64,000 bases of DNA from Laetmonice hystrix (taxonomy: Eukaryota): positions 18,724,001 through 18,788,000 of the forward strand of contig OZ249451.1 of the NCBI GenBank assembly GCA_965235115.1. Reading direction: 5' to 3'. Each line of letters begins with the position of its first letter. Positions within the stretch are counted from its first letter, which is position 1. Positions 13,041 to 25,862 of the stretch are shown here, in pieces. Below the pieces are notes generated by a model. It saw nothing but the letters and a program-made list of their open reading frames with translations. It was not told the DNA's origin and did not search any database. The position numbers and the translations under genes are program-made.

Positions 13041-15717
13041 CCTCCCTGGCCAGGAAAACGGCTGGATTCAGTGCTAGGGCAGACCTCCCTGGCCAGAATA
13101 ACGTCTGGATTCAGCGCTAGGGCAGACCTCCCTGGCCAGGATAACGGCTGGATTCAGTGCTAGGGCAGACCTCCCTGGCCAGGATAAGGGCTGGATTCAG
13201 GGCAGACTTCACTGGCCAGGATAAGGGCTGGATTCAGCGCTAGGGCAGACCTCCCTGGTCAGGATCACGCCTTGATTCAGCGGTAGGGTAGACCTCCCTG
13301 GCCAGGATAACGGCTGGATTCAGGGCAGACCTCCCTGGCCAGGATAACGTCTGGATTCAGCGCTAGGGCAGACCTCCCTGGCCAGGATAACGGCTGGATT
13401 CAGGGCAGACCTCCCTGGCCAGGATAACGGCTGGATTCAGGGCAGACCTCCCTGGCCAGGATAACGGCTGGATTCAGGGCAGACCTCCCTGGCCAGGATA
13501 ACGGCTGGATTCAGGGCAGACCTCCCTGGCCAGGATAACGGCTGGATTCAGCGGTAGGGCAGACCTCCCTGGCCAGGATAACGGCTGGATTCAGGACAGA
13601 CCTCCCTGGCCAGGATAACGGCTGGATTCAGGGCAGACCTCCCTGGCCAGGATAACGGCTGGATTCAGGGCAGACCTCCCTGGCCAGGATAACGGCTGGA
13701 TTCAGCGGTAGGGCAGACCTCCCTGGCCAGGATAATGGTTGGATTCAGGGCAGACCTCCCTGGCCAGGATAACGGCTGGATTCAGGGCTAGGGCAGACCT
13801 CCCTGGCCAGGATAACGTCTGGATTCAGGGCAGACCTCCCTGGCCAGGATAACGGCTGGATTCAGGGCTAGGGCAGACCTCCCTGGCCAGGATAACGGCT
13901 GGATTCAGGGCAGACCTCCCTGGCCAGGATAACGGCTGGATTCAGGGCTAGGGCAGACCTCCCTGGCCAGGATAACGGCTGGATTCAGGGCTAGGGCAGA
14001 CCTCCCTGGCCAGGATAACGGCTGGATTCAGCGCTAGGGCAGACCTCCCTGGCCAGGATAACGGCTGGATTCAGGGCTAGGGCAGACCTCCCTGGCCAGG
14101 ATAACGGCTGGATTCAGGGCTAGGGCAGACCTCCCTGGCCAGGATAACGGCTGGATTCAGGGCAGACCTCCCTGGCCAGGATAACGGCTGGATTCAGGGC
14201 AGACCTCCCTGGCCAGGATAACGGCTGGATTCAGGGCAGACCTCCCTGGCCAGGATAACGTCTGGATTCAGGGCAGACCTCCCTGGCCAGGATAACGGCT
14301 GGATTCAGGGCAGACCTCCCTGGCCAGGATAACGTCTGGATTCAGCGCTAGGGCAGACCTCCCTGGCCAGGATAACGGCTGGATTCAGCGGTAGGGCAGA
14401 CCTCCCTGGTCAGGATAACGGCTGGATTCAGTGCTAGGGCAGACCTCCCTGGCCAGGATAACGTCTGGATTCAGCGCTAGGGCAGACCTCCCTGGCCAGG
14501 ATAACGGCTGGATTCAGGGCAGACCTCCCTGGCCAGGATAACGGCTGGATTCAGCGGTAGGGCAGACCTCCCTGGCCAGGATAACGGCTGGATTCAGCGG
14601 TAGGGCAGACCTCCCTGACCAGGATAACGGCTGGATTCAGGACAGACCTCCCTGGCCAGGATAACGGCTGGATTCAGGGCAGACCTCCCTGGCCAGGATA
14701 ACGGCTGGATTCAGCGGTAGGGCAGACCTCCCTGGCCAGGATAACGGCTGGATTCAGTGCAGACCTCCCTGGCCAGGATAACGGCTGGATTCAGGGCAGA
14801 CCTTCCTGGCCAGGATAACGGCTGGATTCAGGGCAGACCTTCCTGGCCAGGATAACGGCTGGATTCAGGGCAGACCTCCCTGGCCAGGATAACGGCTGGA
14901 TTCAGGGCAGACCTCCCTGGCCAGGATAACGGCTGGATTCAGGGCAGACCTCCCTGGCCAGGATAACGGCTGGATTCAGGGCAGACCTCCCTGGCCTGGA
15001 TAACGGCTGGATTCAGGGCTAGGGCAGACCTCCCTGGCCAGGATAACGGCTGGATTCAGGGCAGACCTCCCTGGCCAGGATAACGTCTGGATTCAGGGCA
15101 GACCTCCCTGGCCAGGATAACGGCTGGATTCAGGGCAGACCTCCCTGGCCAGGATAACGGCTGGATTCAGGGCAGACCTCCCTGGCCAGGATAACGGCTG
15201 GATTCAGGGCAGACCTCCCTGGCCAGGATAACGGCTGGATTCAGGGCTAGGGCAGACCTCCCTGGCCAGGATAACGGCTGGATTCAGGGCTAGGGCCGAC
15301 CTCCCTGGCCAGGATAACGGCTGGATTCAGCGGTAGGGCAGACCTCCCTGGCCAGGATAACGGCTGGATTCAGGGCAGACCTCCCTGGCCAGGATAACGG
15401 CTGGATTCAGTGCTAGGGCAGACCTCCCTCGCCAGGATAAGGGCTGGATTCAGTGCTAGGGCAGACCTCCCTGGCCAGGATAAGGGCTGGATTCAGTGCT
15501 AGGGCAGACCTCCCTGGCCAGGATAACGGCTGGATTCAGGGCAGACCTCCCTGGCCAGGATAACGGCTGGATTCAGGGCAGACCTCCCTGGCCAGGATAA
15601 CGGCTGGATTCAGCGGTAGGACAGACATCCCTGGCCAGGATAACGGCTGGATTCAGCGGTAGGGCAGACCTCCCTGGCCAGGATAACGGCTGGATTCAGC
15701 GGTAGAGTAGACCTCCC
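13041..15717. repeat. 37/43-bp dimorphic minisatellite, about 66 copies
   Basis: Core GGCAGACCTCCCTGGCCAGGATAACGGCTGGATTCAG, with or without a 6-bp insert (CGCTAG/CGGTAG/GGCTAG/TGCTAG). Confidence 0.98.
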
Positions 15718-15876
15718 GCGTATCTTATGGTGTAGAACCATTTCCCGAGTGTTCTTGATGATATCTTGGTTTATGATGTTAGCCAGGCCTGTGCACCATT
15801 ACTGTCACTTCACTGAATCCACAACCCAAGGTGATTCCATTGGTACACCTACTCGGGCTGTAACCCTGCCTTATCT

Positions 15877-15940
15877 CCTCCTGCCCCTCCTCCTGCCCCT
15901 CCTCCTCCCCCTCCTCCTTCTCCTCCTCCTCCTCCTCCCC
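15877..15940. repeat. (CTC)-rich microsatellite
   Basis: CTCCTCCTGCCC.. repeated. Confidence 0.85.
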
Positions 15941-16639
15941 CGTATCCATCATCAAGTTCAATGACCGCATTTTTAGCTGGTCATCAAAACAGGATCCGGC
16001 ACTGGAGAATGTGTCAGCCGTAGAGAATCGGCTCGCCCGGAGTAATACAGATCCATAGTGTACAGCAGTACCGCTACAAACAGGAGGCGAATAACACGAG
16101 GCACAAAAACTAACAGCTCTCCTTGCTCAGCGCTCTCCGTGCCAGCAGATCTCCGATACCAAACCTGTCAGCATCCAGAACCTTTATTCACACGGGCCAG
16201 CGTGTCCTCATTGCAGCCCTTTCTTTACGGGGCCTTTCTTTTTGGCCACCAATGAGGACATCACCAAAACAAAGGTTCTGTGCCGCTCAGCTTCACCGCC
16301 GTTTTCTTATCATGTAAAAAATCGGTCGATGCTTGGTTGGCCTGTTTATAAAAGGCTGTCCAAACTCTGTACAGGTTTCAACAACGGAGCGCTGCTGCTA
16401 CGAGCGGCTTCCTCTGCATCGGCTGACCTGCTGAATTAAAACACACCAGGCGAGGGAGGGAGGGGTTGGAGCAGCCGCAGACACTGCCTTATGATTTGGT
16501 CTGAGTGATAAGATGGAGATAGAGATTCGTGCTGAGACGGGGCCAGATGGAGGTGGAGTATTATGGGATGGCTGATGGCATGGACGCTGGCTCAAACAAG
16601 ATGGGATTCGTTAGATTGTTATACGTCGGGCAACGCCAT

Positions 16640-16866
16640 GGAGTCGGAGCAATGAGTGTATCTCTCTCTGCTTCTCTGTCTCTTTGTCTGTCTCTGTTTG
16701 TCTGTCTCTATGTCTGTCTGTCGCCCTGTCTGTTTCTCTGTCTGTGTGTGTCTCTGTCTGCTTGTCTGTCTCTCTCTATATATGTCTTTTCTCTCTCTGT
16801 TTGTCTCTCTCTGTCTGTCGTTTCTCTCTATCTCTATCTATTTGTCTCTCTCTGTCTCTGCCTGTC
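16640..16866. repeat. (TC/TG)-rich compound microsatellite running into an assembly gap
   Basis: ctctgtctgtctct.. low-complexity tract. Confidence 0.9.
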
Positions 16867-17040
16867 NNNNNNNNNNNNNNNNNNNNNNNNNNNNNNNNNN
16901 NNNNNNNNNNNNNNNNNNNNNNNNNNNNNNNNNNNNNNNNNNNNNNNNNNNNNNNNNNNNNNNNNNNNNNNNNNNNNNNNNNNNNNNNNNNNNNNNNNNN
17001 NNNNNNNNNNNNNNNNNNNNNNNNNNNNNNNNNNNNNNNN
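16867..17040. other. Assembly gap (N)
   Basis: Run of N. Confidence 1.
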
Positions 17041-17095
17041 CAGGGCTCAAGGTCAGGTCGAAATGTTACCAGCCCACAGGAATTGGTGGCACCAG

Positions 17096-17182
17096 GGGCC
17101 AGTTGCATGACTGTCCGTTCGTTAATTTCCCCATGTATTTTCAATGAGAATTTTAACGAACCGACCGTCATGCAACTGGCCC
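17096..17182. mobile_element. 87-bp PIF/Harbinger-like MITE with CAG target-site duplication
   Basis: Perfect 16-bp TIR GGGCCAGTTGCATGAC / GTCATGCAACTGGCCC, with CAG on both sides (17093-95, 17183-85). Confidence 0.85.
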
Positions 17183-18437
17183 CAGGCGGCACTCCGCAGG
17201 CGGCACTCCCAGGCGGCACTCCACCAGTTAATTTCCAACCATATCTCCATGTTGTTATCTTCTTTGACAACATCTGCGTCCAATTCCGTTTCTTATATCA
17301 AGTATAATATCAAGTCTGATACCGCAGTCTGCCGACTGAACGACATTAATCGAGCAATATTAGATACTCCGAGGACGCTCAACTGATGGTACAAGAGCTT
17401 CTCCTGGGCCTCATATAACCGCTTCTACTACACCATATTATACATCCGACCTGCCTCTCCCGTCAACAATCATCCAGGCACAGGTACATCTCACCACTTC
17501 GATCGCTGACAATGTAACAACAGTAAGTAGGTAGGTGCAAATTCTTGTCATCACAAAAACAAAAAACAACAACAAATCAATGGGCGAATCATAAAAAGAT
17601 ATAGGCAGAGACAGAAAGCTTTAGTCAATCACCTTTCCTGGCCGCACTTGTATTGACTCGTGTTTATCTGAGAGGGAGGGCACTTTTTTCTATTGCCTCT
17701 AAAACTGCTTGGTTCTTTTTCTCCCCTGCATCCCTCTTAAATGACAATAGTCAAAACATTTCTCTCTCGACAAACTCGACGGATTACAATCACACGTCAA
17801 CATACAAATGTATTTCACAGCAGCGGATCTCTTTTTGCTTGACATCGGTCCCTTTTTTCAGGACATCCCGATGTGTCAACAATACCTCTACGACACGGGA
17901 TCACTGAGCGCAACACCATGTGACCGAATATTCATAAATGCAAAAACCCGCGCTGCCGGCTGCTGCGCGTGCACGTCGGCTGAAGATGACAAACGTGGGT
18001 TGGGGAGGCACACAGCGGCGCTGTGGACAATGGCGCTAATACTGGCAAAGATGGCGGGTCAATGTGCCGCGATGTGGACGTCTGCTCCATCAGTGTACAC
18101 GTCAATTAGTGGAGATTGACTGCAGACTGACATCAAGTACGACACCAGCCGGACATGGCGTTTTGTGTCCTTTAATAGGTCAATGTCTCACTCTATATTC
18201 TATTGTACATACCTGATGAATTCGTACATCAAATTCCCGTGGGACCTAAGAGTGAAGATTGCCCGACATGCCGAAAAACCACGCACACTCGATCACTCAC
18301 TCACTCAGATTGGAATGTTCGGTAGAAATCATGGGTAGCTCTATCTAGGAAAGCATGGATTCCGTCTCATCTCGAAAGTTGTGTGTAGGGGGAAGGGTCC
18401 ATTGTCCTGCTCGACCACCTAAGCTTCCTTTTTAGGG

Positions 18438-18530
18438 AAGTGGCGGTGGCCGAGTGGGCATGGGCGTTGACGCCTAATGCTATGCGAATGGGTCCAGTAA
18501 TCTTGGGGCTAGAGTTCAATTCCAGTAGAG
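18438..18530 (+). mobile_element. tRNA-derived SINE-like head (Pol III A and B boxes)
   Basis: A-box-like TGGCCGAGTGG (about 18447-18457) and T-arm-like CTAGA-GTTCAAT-TCCAG (about 18509-18525). No complete cloverleaf. Confidence 0.4.
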
Positions 18531-18785
18531 CACTATACAACTTTTCTCTTTCCGGACATTCTCAAAGTAACTGGGCTACGCCTGATGCTCGTGCATTTAA
18601 AAATAAAATTGCATTCGCATCAATTCATGTACAAGTCATGTTTCCGTACGCCTTTAGCCCCCACACCTCAGGACGCTATACATGTACCTCCATAACATAA
18701 AAACTCAATAGCTAAATACCTACGGACAAAGCCCGACTGTGGAACCCAACTATCCGTTCCCTCAGGGCCCCAGAACCTATACCTA

Positions 18786-19129
18786 AGGACTCAACCGTCC
18801 CAACCCTCAGGACTCCACTGTCCCATCCCTCAGGACTCCACCGTCCCGCACCTCAGGACTCCACCGTCCCATCCCTCAGGACTCCACCATCCTGCACCTC
18901 AGGACTCCACCGTCCCATCCCTCAGGACTCTACTGCCCCGTACCTCAGGACTCCACCGTCCTGTACCTCAGGACTCCACCGTCCCGCACCTCAGGACTCC
19001 ACCGTCCCATCCCTCAGGACTCCACCATCCTGCACCTCAGGACTCCACCGTCCCATCCCTCAGGACTCTACTGCCCCGTACCTCAGGACTCCACCGTCCT
19101 GTACCTCAGGACTCCACCGTCCCGTACCT
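18786..19129. repeat. 23-bp minisatellite, about 15 copies
   Basis: Unit CAGGACTCCACCGTCCC(GCA/ATC)CCT. Confidence 0.95.
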
Positions 19130-20813
19130 ATGAGCGCCGTCGCCCATGAACACGTAAACTTGCCCCATTGTTTATCTCCCCAATCCTGTCGCAAGAATCC
19201 AAGACACTGTTTTCTACCCTCCACTCTGCCAACCTGTGGCGTAGAGTTTTTTTGATCTGATGCTGCGCCCACGGCCAACCACGTGGATGATTTCGAAAGG
19301 AAGGCGCCCCAAATTAATGAGACGGTGTCAGGCTGGTGACAAAAGCACATCACAGCTCTTGCGCATGAACAGAGAAGTTATCAGGCGCGAACAGAAACTT
19401 CATCGATAACATCGCCATGAAGTGATAAAGCGTCGGTGCCATCAATCTTTGTATGGTTTGCTGAGGATATCACATCATAATAAATCGGGAGTTAATACTG
19501 ATAGTGAACGTGGTATAGTGAACCTCTATACAGTGCCAGCGCAACGCTTTTCAAAGTCACGAATTTATCTCCTACATAAAACCACTAGCTAAGAAAGATG
19601 GAATCACAATCCCATATAGAGAGAAAATAATCATTCACACAAGCACAGCTATATATCCCCATCCATTACTATCAAACGTCATGGTCCATATAATGACATA
19701 TTTCAAGTAATATTGAACGGCAGTTGACGTCTATATTTCAACATTGTATAAGATTTATGGTTGACCCCTTTTAAAACATCGATTAGGTTTTTGTTAATTT
19801 TGACATTGAGAAAACAGGTTGGTGCTCTTGTTTTGTAAGGTACAAAAAGGCCCTAACAATGAGATAGTAATATTTAGAAGTTGACAGTTGCCAGCTCCTA
19901 TGCATCCTCCACCGCTTGGGGTTGAACCGCATCCAGTGATTCGCCCCGTCCCGCATGCCCGCATATTCTCAGAAACGCGTAGCTCACAGCGCCATCTGTT
20001 TTTCACCTGCTGCGGTACCCCGCAGACCAATCAGATTACAGCACTGCCTGAGGCGCGATTAATAAAAATTACCGTGCATTTCTGGTTAGCCAATAGGAAC
20101 GTCCCCGGCCCAGAGGCCGAGGGCGACAGCCAGCGCCAGCGCTAGCGACACCGGGCCGCGAGCAGGCCAGTGTAGGCCTAATGTTTGGATGCCAGCGCGA
20201 AGCGACGAAGACAGGGGAGCTAAACTTTGGAATTTCATGTGTTAAACCGTATCAAGTCAGAGTGCTACAAACTGTACTGTTAGGGAGGGACACATTTGTT
20301 TATCAGCGAACTGGGCAAGGCTATCAGGCATTTTTGCGAGACGTAAGCCTTCGGTGAGGACCGTTAGTGCGGGTGGAGTGACGATGACAGGTCCTATTAA
20401 TATTCATAAGGTTGACCTCAGGGTCAACTTCTGCCCGGTTCGCATGGGCTGGGTTCAAGGGGTAGAATGCAGGATGCGCGATGTCCCTTGACAACTCAAG
20501 ATGGCTCCTATGGGATTCGTCATGCTTAGATGACGAAATTACGACCACGTTGGCACCAAACTTGGCTGTTCTCGTGTTTTCTCGTGTTTTCTCTTGACCC
20601 ACTTACACACCCTATTACCTCAGACATGCTCCACAGAGATAATCTGGACAAGGAATCGACAAGCATAACCTCTGTTATCAGGTCTGTGCTGTCTTACATG
20701 TCCACCCAGTCGGTTCTGTGCCCTGGGGGTGATCAACCTGTTCACCCGGACATCGCGACCTCTCGGTACCAGTTCACGGAGTTCTCTTGGTAGCACCAGC
20801 CACCAGACCAGCC

Positions 20814-21578
20814 CCACCATGTAGGCCTACACCATCAGGATACGACCTGCCAACCACTATGTAAGCCTACACCATCAGGATACGACCTGCCAAACACCAT
20901 GTAGGCCTACACCATCAGGATACGACCTGCCAACCACCATGTAAGCCTACACCATCAGGATACGACCTGCCAAGCACCATGTAGGCCTACACCATCAGGA
21001 TACGACCTGCCAACCACCATGTAGGCCTACACCATCAGGATATGACCTGCCAACCACCATGTAGGCCTACCCCATCAGGATACGACCTGCCAGCCACCAT
21101 GTAGGCCTACCCCATCAGGATACGACCTGCCAACCACCATGTAGGCCTACCCCATCAGGATACGACCTGCCAACCACCATGTAGGCCTACACCATCAGGA
21201 TACGACCTGCCAACCACCATGTAGGCCTACACCATCAGGCCTACACCATCAGGATACGACCTGCCAACCACCATGTAGGCCTACACCATCAGGATACGAC
21301 CTGCCAACCACCATGTAGGCCTACACCATCAGGCCTACACCATCAGGATACGACCTGCTAACCACCATGTAGGCCTACACCATCAGGCCTACACCATCAG
21401 GATACGACCTGCCAACCACCATGTAGGCCTACACCACCAGGATACGACCTGACAACCACCATGTAAGCCTACACCATCAGGATACGACCTGCCAACCACC
21501 ATGTAGGCCTACACCATCAGGATACGACCTGCCAACCACCATGTAAGCCTACACCATCAGGATACGACCTGCCAACCA
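20814..21578. repeat. 40-bp minisatellite (three 54-bp variants), about 18 copies
   Basis: Unit CACCATGTAGGCCTACACCATCAGGATACGACCTGCCAAC, containing the 12-bp palindrome TGTAGGCCTACA. Confidence 0.97.
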
Positions 21579-22191
21579 GCAGACTGCATGTAAGTTGTCA
21601 AACCCAAACAAACTGACAACCCATAACCAATGGATACAACTCACCACCCCCAGCGGATACCAAGTCGGCAACACTAGACCAATGGATACAACCCAGCGCT
21701 GTCAAATCAATGCTGACACCCCGAGGCAACGGGTGCAAACCAAGACCCCTGAAAAATGTGCATAATCCAACAACCGACGCATAGGAAATGCTCAAAACAA
21801 ATGGAATACCTAGAGCCCTACACCAACAGACCCAAGCCAATCAAACCAAAACTAAACGGGGAAACTGAATACACTGAGAGAAGAAACCTTCCAACCACCG
21901 TACTCCTCAACCATTGGATCCATTCTGACACTAGGAGTAGGGTTCCTATATTTAAGTAGTTCTGTACTTACATTCCAGCATCCAACCAAATTAATCTCTT
22001 GGGCGTTTCACAATGTGCTTCTGACAAACAACATAACTTCCTGCCAGTCGCCACTGTAGAGAACATCAAATTTCAGAAGGAAAACAGAAGTTCAGAATTC
22101 TTTTCTCATTCCCTTTCGTGGTTGAACCCATGGCTTTAAGAAAGGCAACCTCCCGGTTTGGTGTTCTCGACACGTTCTACCAAGTTTTCAC

Positions 22192-23957
22192 AGGCAGTCG
22201 GGGGTGAGTCCCGGTTTGCCAGGCCCGCTGTCACCACAGACAGTCAGGGGTGAGTCCCGGTGTGACAGGCTCGCTGACACCACAGACAGTCGGGGGTGAG
22301 TCCCAGTTTGACAGGCCCGCTGTCACCACAGACAGTCAGGGGTGAGTCCCGGTTTGACAGGCCCGCTGTCACCACAGGCAGTCGGGGGTGAGTCCCGGTT
22401 TCACAGGCCCGCTGTCACCACAGACAGTCGGGGGTGAGTCCCGGTTTGACAGGCCGGCTGTCACCACAGACAGTCAGGGGTGAGTCCCGGTTTGACAGGC
22501 CCGCTGTCACCACAGACAGTCGGGGGTGAGTCCCGGTTTGACAGGCCGGCTGTCACCACAGACAGTCGGGGATGAGTCCCGGTTTGACAGGCCGGCTGTC
22601 ACCACAGGCAGTCGGGGGTGAGTCCCGGTTTGACAGGCCCGCTGTCACCACAGGCAGTCGGAGGTGACTCCCGGTTTGACAGGCCCGCTGACACCACAGA
22701 CAGTCAGGGGTGAGTCCCGGTTTGACAGGCCCGCTGTCACCACAGGCAGTCGGAGGTGAGTCCCGGTTTGACAGGCCGGCTGACACCACAGACAGTCAGG
22801 GGTGAGTCCCGGTTTGACAGGCCGGCTGACACCACAGACAGTCGGGGGTTAGTCCCGGTTTGACAGGCCGGCTGACACCACAGGCCGGCTGACACCACAG
22901 ACAGTCGGGGGTTAGTCCCGGTTTGACAGGCCGGCTGACACCACAGGCCCGCTGACACCACAGACAGTCGGGGGTTAGTCCCGGTTTGACAGGCCGGCTG
23001 ACACCACAGGCCGGCTGACACCACAGACAGTCGGGGGTTAGTCCCGGTTTGACAGGCCGGCTGACACCACAGGCCGGCTGACACCACAGACAATCGGGGG
23101 TTAGTCCCGGTTTGACAGGCCGGCTGACACCACAGGCCCGCTGACACCACAGACAGTCGGGGGTTAGTCCCGGTTTGACAGGCCGGCTGACACCACAGGC
23201 CGGCTGTCACCACAGACAGTCAGGGGCGAGTCCCGGTTTCACAGGCCGACTGTCACCACAGGCAGTCGGGGGTGAGTCCCGGTTTCACAGGCCGACTGAC
23301 ACCACAGACAGTCAGGGGTGAGTCCCGGTTTCACAGGCCGACTGACACCACAGACAGTCAGGGGTGAGTCCCGGTTTCACAGGCCGACTGTCACAACAGA
23401 CAGTCGGGGGTGAGTCCCGGTTTTAAAGGCCCACTGTCACCACAGACAGTCAGGGGTGAGTCCCGGTTTCACAGGCCGACTGACACCACAGACAGTCGGC
23501 GGTGAGTCCCGGTTTCACAGGCCGACTGACACCACAGGCAGTCGGGAGTGAGTCCCGGTTTCACAGGCCGACTGACACCACAGACAGTCAGGGGTGAGTC
23601 CCGGTTTGACAGGCCGGCTGTCACCACAGACAGTCAGGGGTGAGTCCCGGTTTGCCAGGCCCGCTGACACCACAGACAGTCGGGGGTTAGTCTCGGTTTG
23701 ACAGGCCGGCTGTCACCACAGACAGTCAGGGGTGAGTCCCGGTTTGCCAGGCCCGCTGACACCACAGACAGTCGGGGGTTAGTCTCGGTTTGACAGGCCG
23801 ACTGACACCACAGGCAGTCGGGGGTGAGTCCCGGTTTGACAGGTCGGCTGACACCACAGACAGTCGGGGTGAGTCCCGGTTTGACAGGTCGGCTGACACC
23901 ACAGACAGTCAGGGGTGAGTCCCGGTTTGACAGGCCCACTGTCACCACAGGCAGTGA
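22192..23957. repeat. 46-bp minisatellite with a block of 63-bp variants
   Basis: Unit CACAGACAGTCGGGGGTGAGTCCCGGTTTGACAGGCCCGCTGTCAC. A 17-bp internal duplication gives 63-bp units at about 22850-23210. Confidence 0.97.
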
Positions 23958-25862
23958 CCAATGAAGTGTCCATGGCCGGCTGACCAAGCTTTCACACTTG
24001 ATCAAGACTTCCAGCCACCAGTCTTAGCGACCCAGACCTGTTGGCAATTGCCATCCAATCCAATGTGCCCTTTCAGGCGACCAATTAGATAGCTTCTCTC
24101 AGTTGGCCACCTAATCATCACTGCACATTGGGAATCCTCCCGGCTTGGGTTGCCACAAGTGTTGAGTCATTGTCAATGCTGCCACAATGCTTCACGTTTC
24201 CCTGTCACGCTTCGCCAACACATTTTGGCAGGAGGAAAAAACAACAATGAAATTAATCAAAACAACCAGCAATGTTTAAAGGCTAGCTCCAACAAAATTT
24301 TCATTGCCATGGCAACGTACACAGATGGCTTCCATTAATCATCGCATGAAGAACTAAGCAATTTAAATCATGAAAAATCGTCGACAAAGGATTGGGTCGA
24401 CTTCAGAACTACACTAACACATTCAAGATTGAAATCAAACGCCTTTCATTTCAAAGACATTATATCCATCTTTCAGCATAGAAACACAACCCTCTTCTAC
24501 ATCTCGCGTCCTGTTAACAATCACAAAACGTTCTCTCATACATGACATGGTTAGTAAGGTGACTTTAGAACTCCTTCAGAGACTCTACCGTCTTAACAAT
24601 CTCCGATTACAACAATTAACCAAAGCCATCGAGCAAAAACCAACAGTGAATCATCGAGAAAAAGTGAATTTTCTCCCAGACCCGCCTTCCAATCATGAGA
24701 CAAATAAAAACGCAGGCGTACAGGTGAGCTTTGCTGCTGAGGTCTGCTCTGATTGCATGCCATAGAGACAATGAGTACAACAGATTATTCCCAGACTAAG
24801 TATGCTCTGCGTGCCCGGATATTACTGAAGATAGGAGGCCAGCATTGCACAATGAAACACCGGCGGCTTTGAAAAGGAATGCTTTGCTACGACTGTGTGC
24901 ACCTCCTGAACAATTCACCCCACTTTCTACAACAGAAAGGAAATATTCAAGCTTTGCTGAAAGAAATGACCCTTTATACAGGCAGACTAAGGACGGCGAC
25001 TACGCCGACCACATGGTCCGTGGTTGTTTGACTGAGGCAGATTGTGTGGTGAAGATAACTTGAGATGTCGCTGCCATGGAAACGGGCGAATCTTTGTGCT
25101 GGCGGAGAAGTGACATGTGACTCACATGAGAATCATCAGAAGAGAAGGAAGCAGCATGCATGTCGTGATAGTGGTACAACTTGTAGGTAGGCAGACAGGC
25201 CTTCGGCGGACGGAACGAGCGCCATTATACAAGACGGCTTGCCTCATGGATACACTAGACAGGTTTTTATAACGTAGCCTGGTCTGTTCTATGGGCTTAC
25301 ATGCCCAGTACATTCTTCACTTGTCACTACTCCTGGAATAATCGACCTGTACTGCATTCCTTAGTCACACATCTCTCTCAAAGTCTCTTACCGTTCCCTT
25401 ATACACGAATAGCTCAATTATCAATTATCGACCAATTAGAAATGTTGGCCATCAGATTAAGCAGGTACCGTCACTTACAAGACTGCAGTACGTCCATACT
25501 GTTCTGATGTTTACCGTACGATCGGTGTTAGTAATACATAATCCTTCTGCAATATTGACTACATGACTTCTCCCTCCATTTTCAAAACCGACTTTCTTTA
25601 TTTAGACTGTCATCTTTGCAGACGCCCGGCAGAATGGTAATTTACACAGCGCTGACAAGCACAGGCAAGAAGCCACCAAAAATCCCTGTCTACACAAATA
25701 ACAAAAGAGTGGTTGAGTTTGGTGAATGACCTGCCACGATAATGACGGTTTCATGTTGTCCGACAACTTCCACCTGTAAATCAAGCGGCGTTCTCGTCAC
25801 TTGTCACCGGGAGTTACATGACGGGAGTTACATGACAGCGTCCTATGGGCTGCACGGACCTT

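Noticed and set aside
18070-18120. RNase H-like IDVYTDGA on the minus strand
   Set aside because: Isolated 8-aa match with a stop soon after and no other retroelement motifs nearby.
18438-18530. Functional tRNA gene
   Set aside because: A and B boxes are present, but no acceptor stem or anticodon arm can be folded. Kept only as SINE-like.
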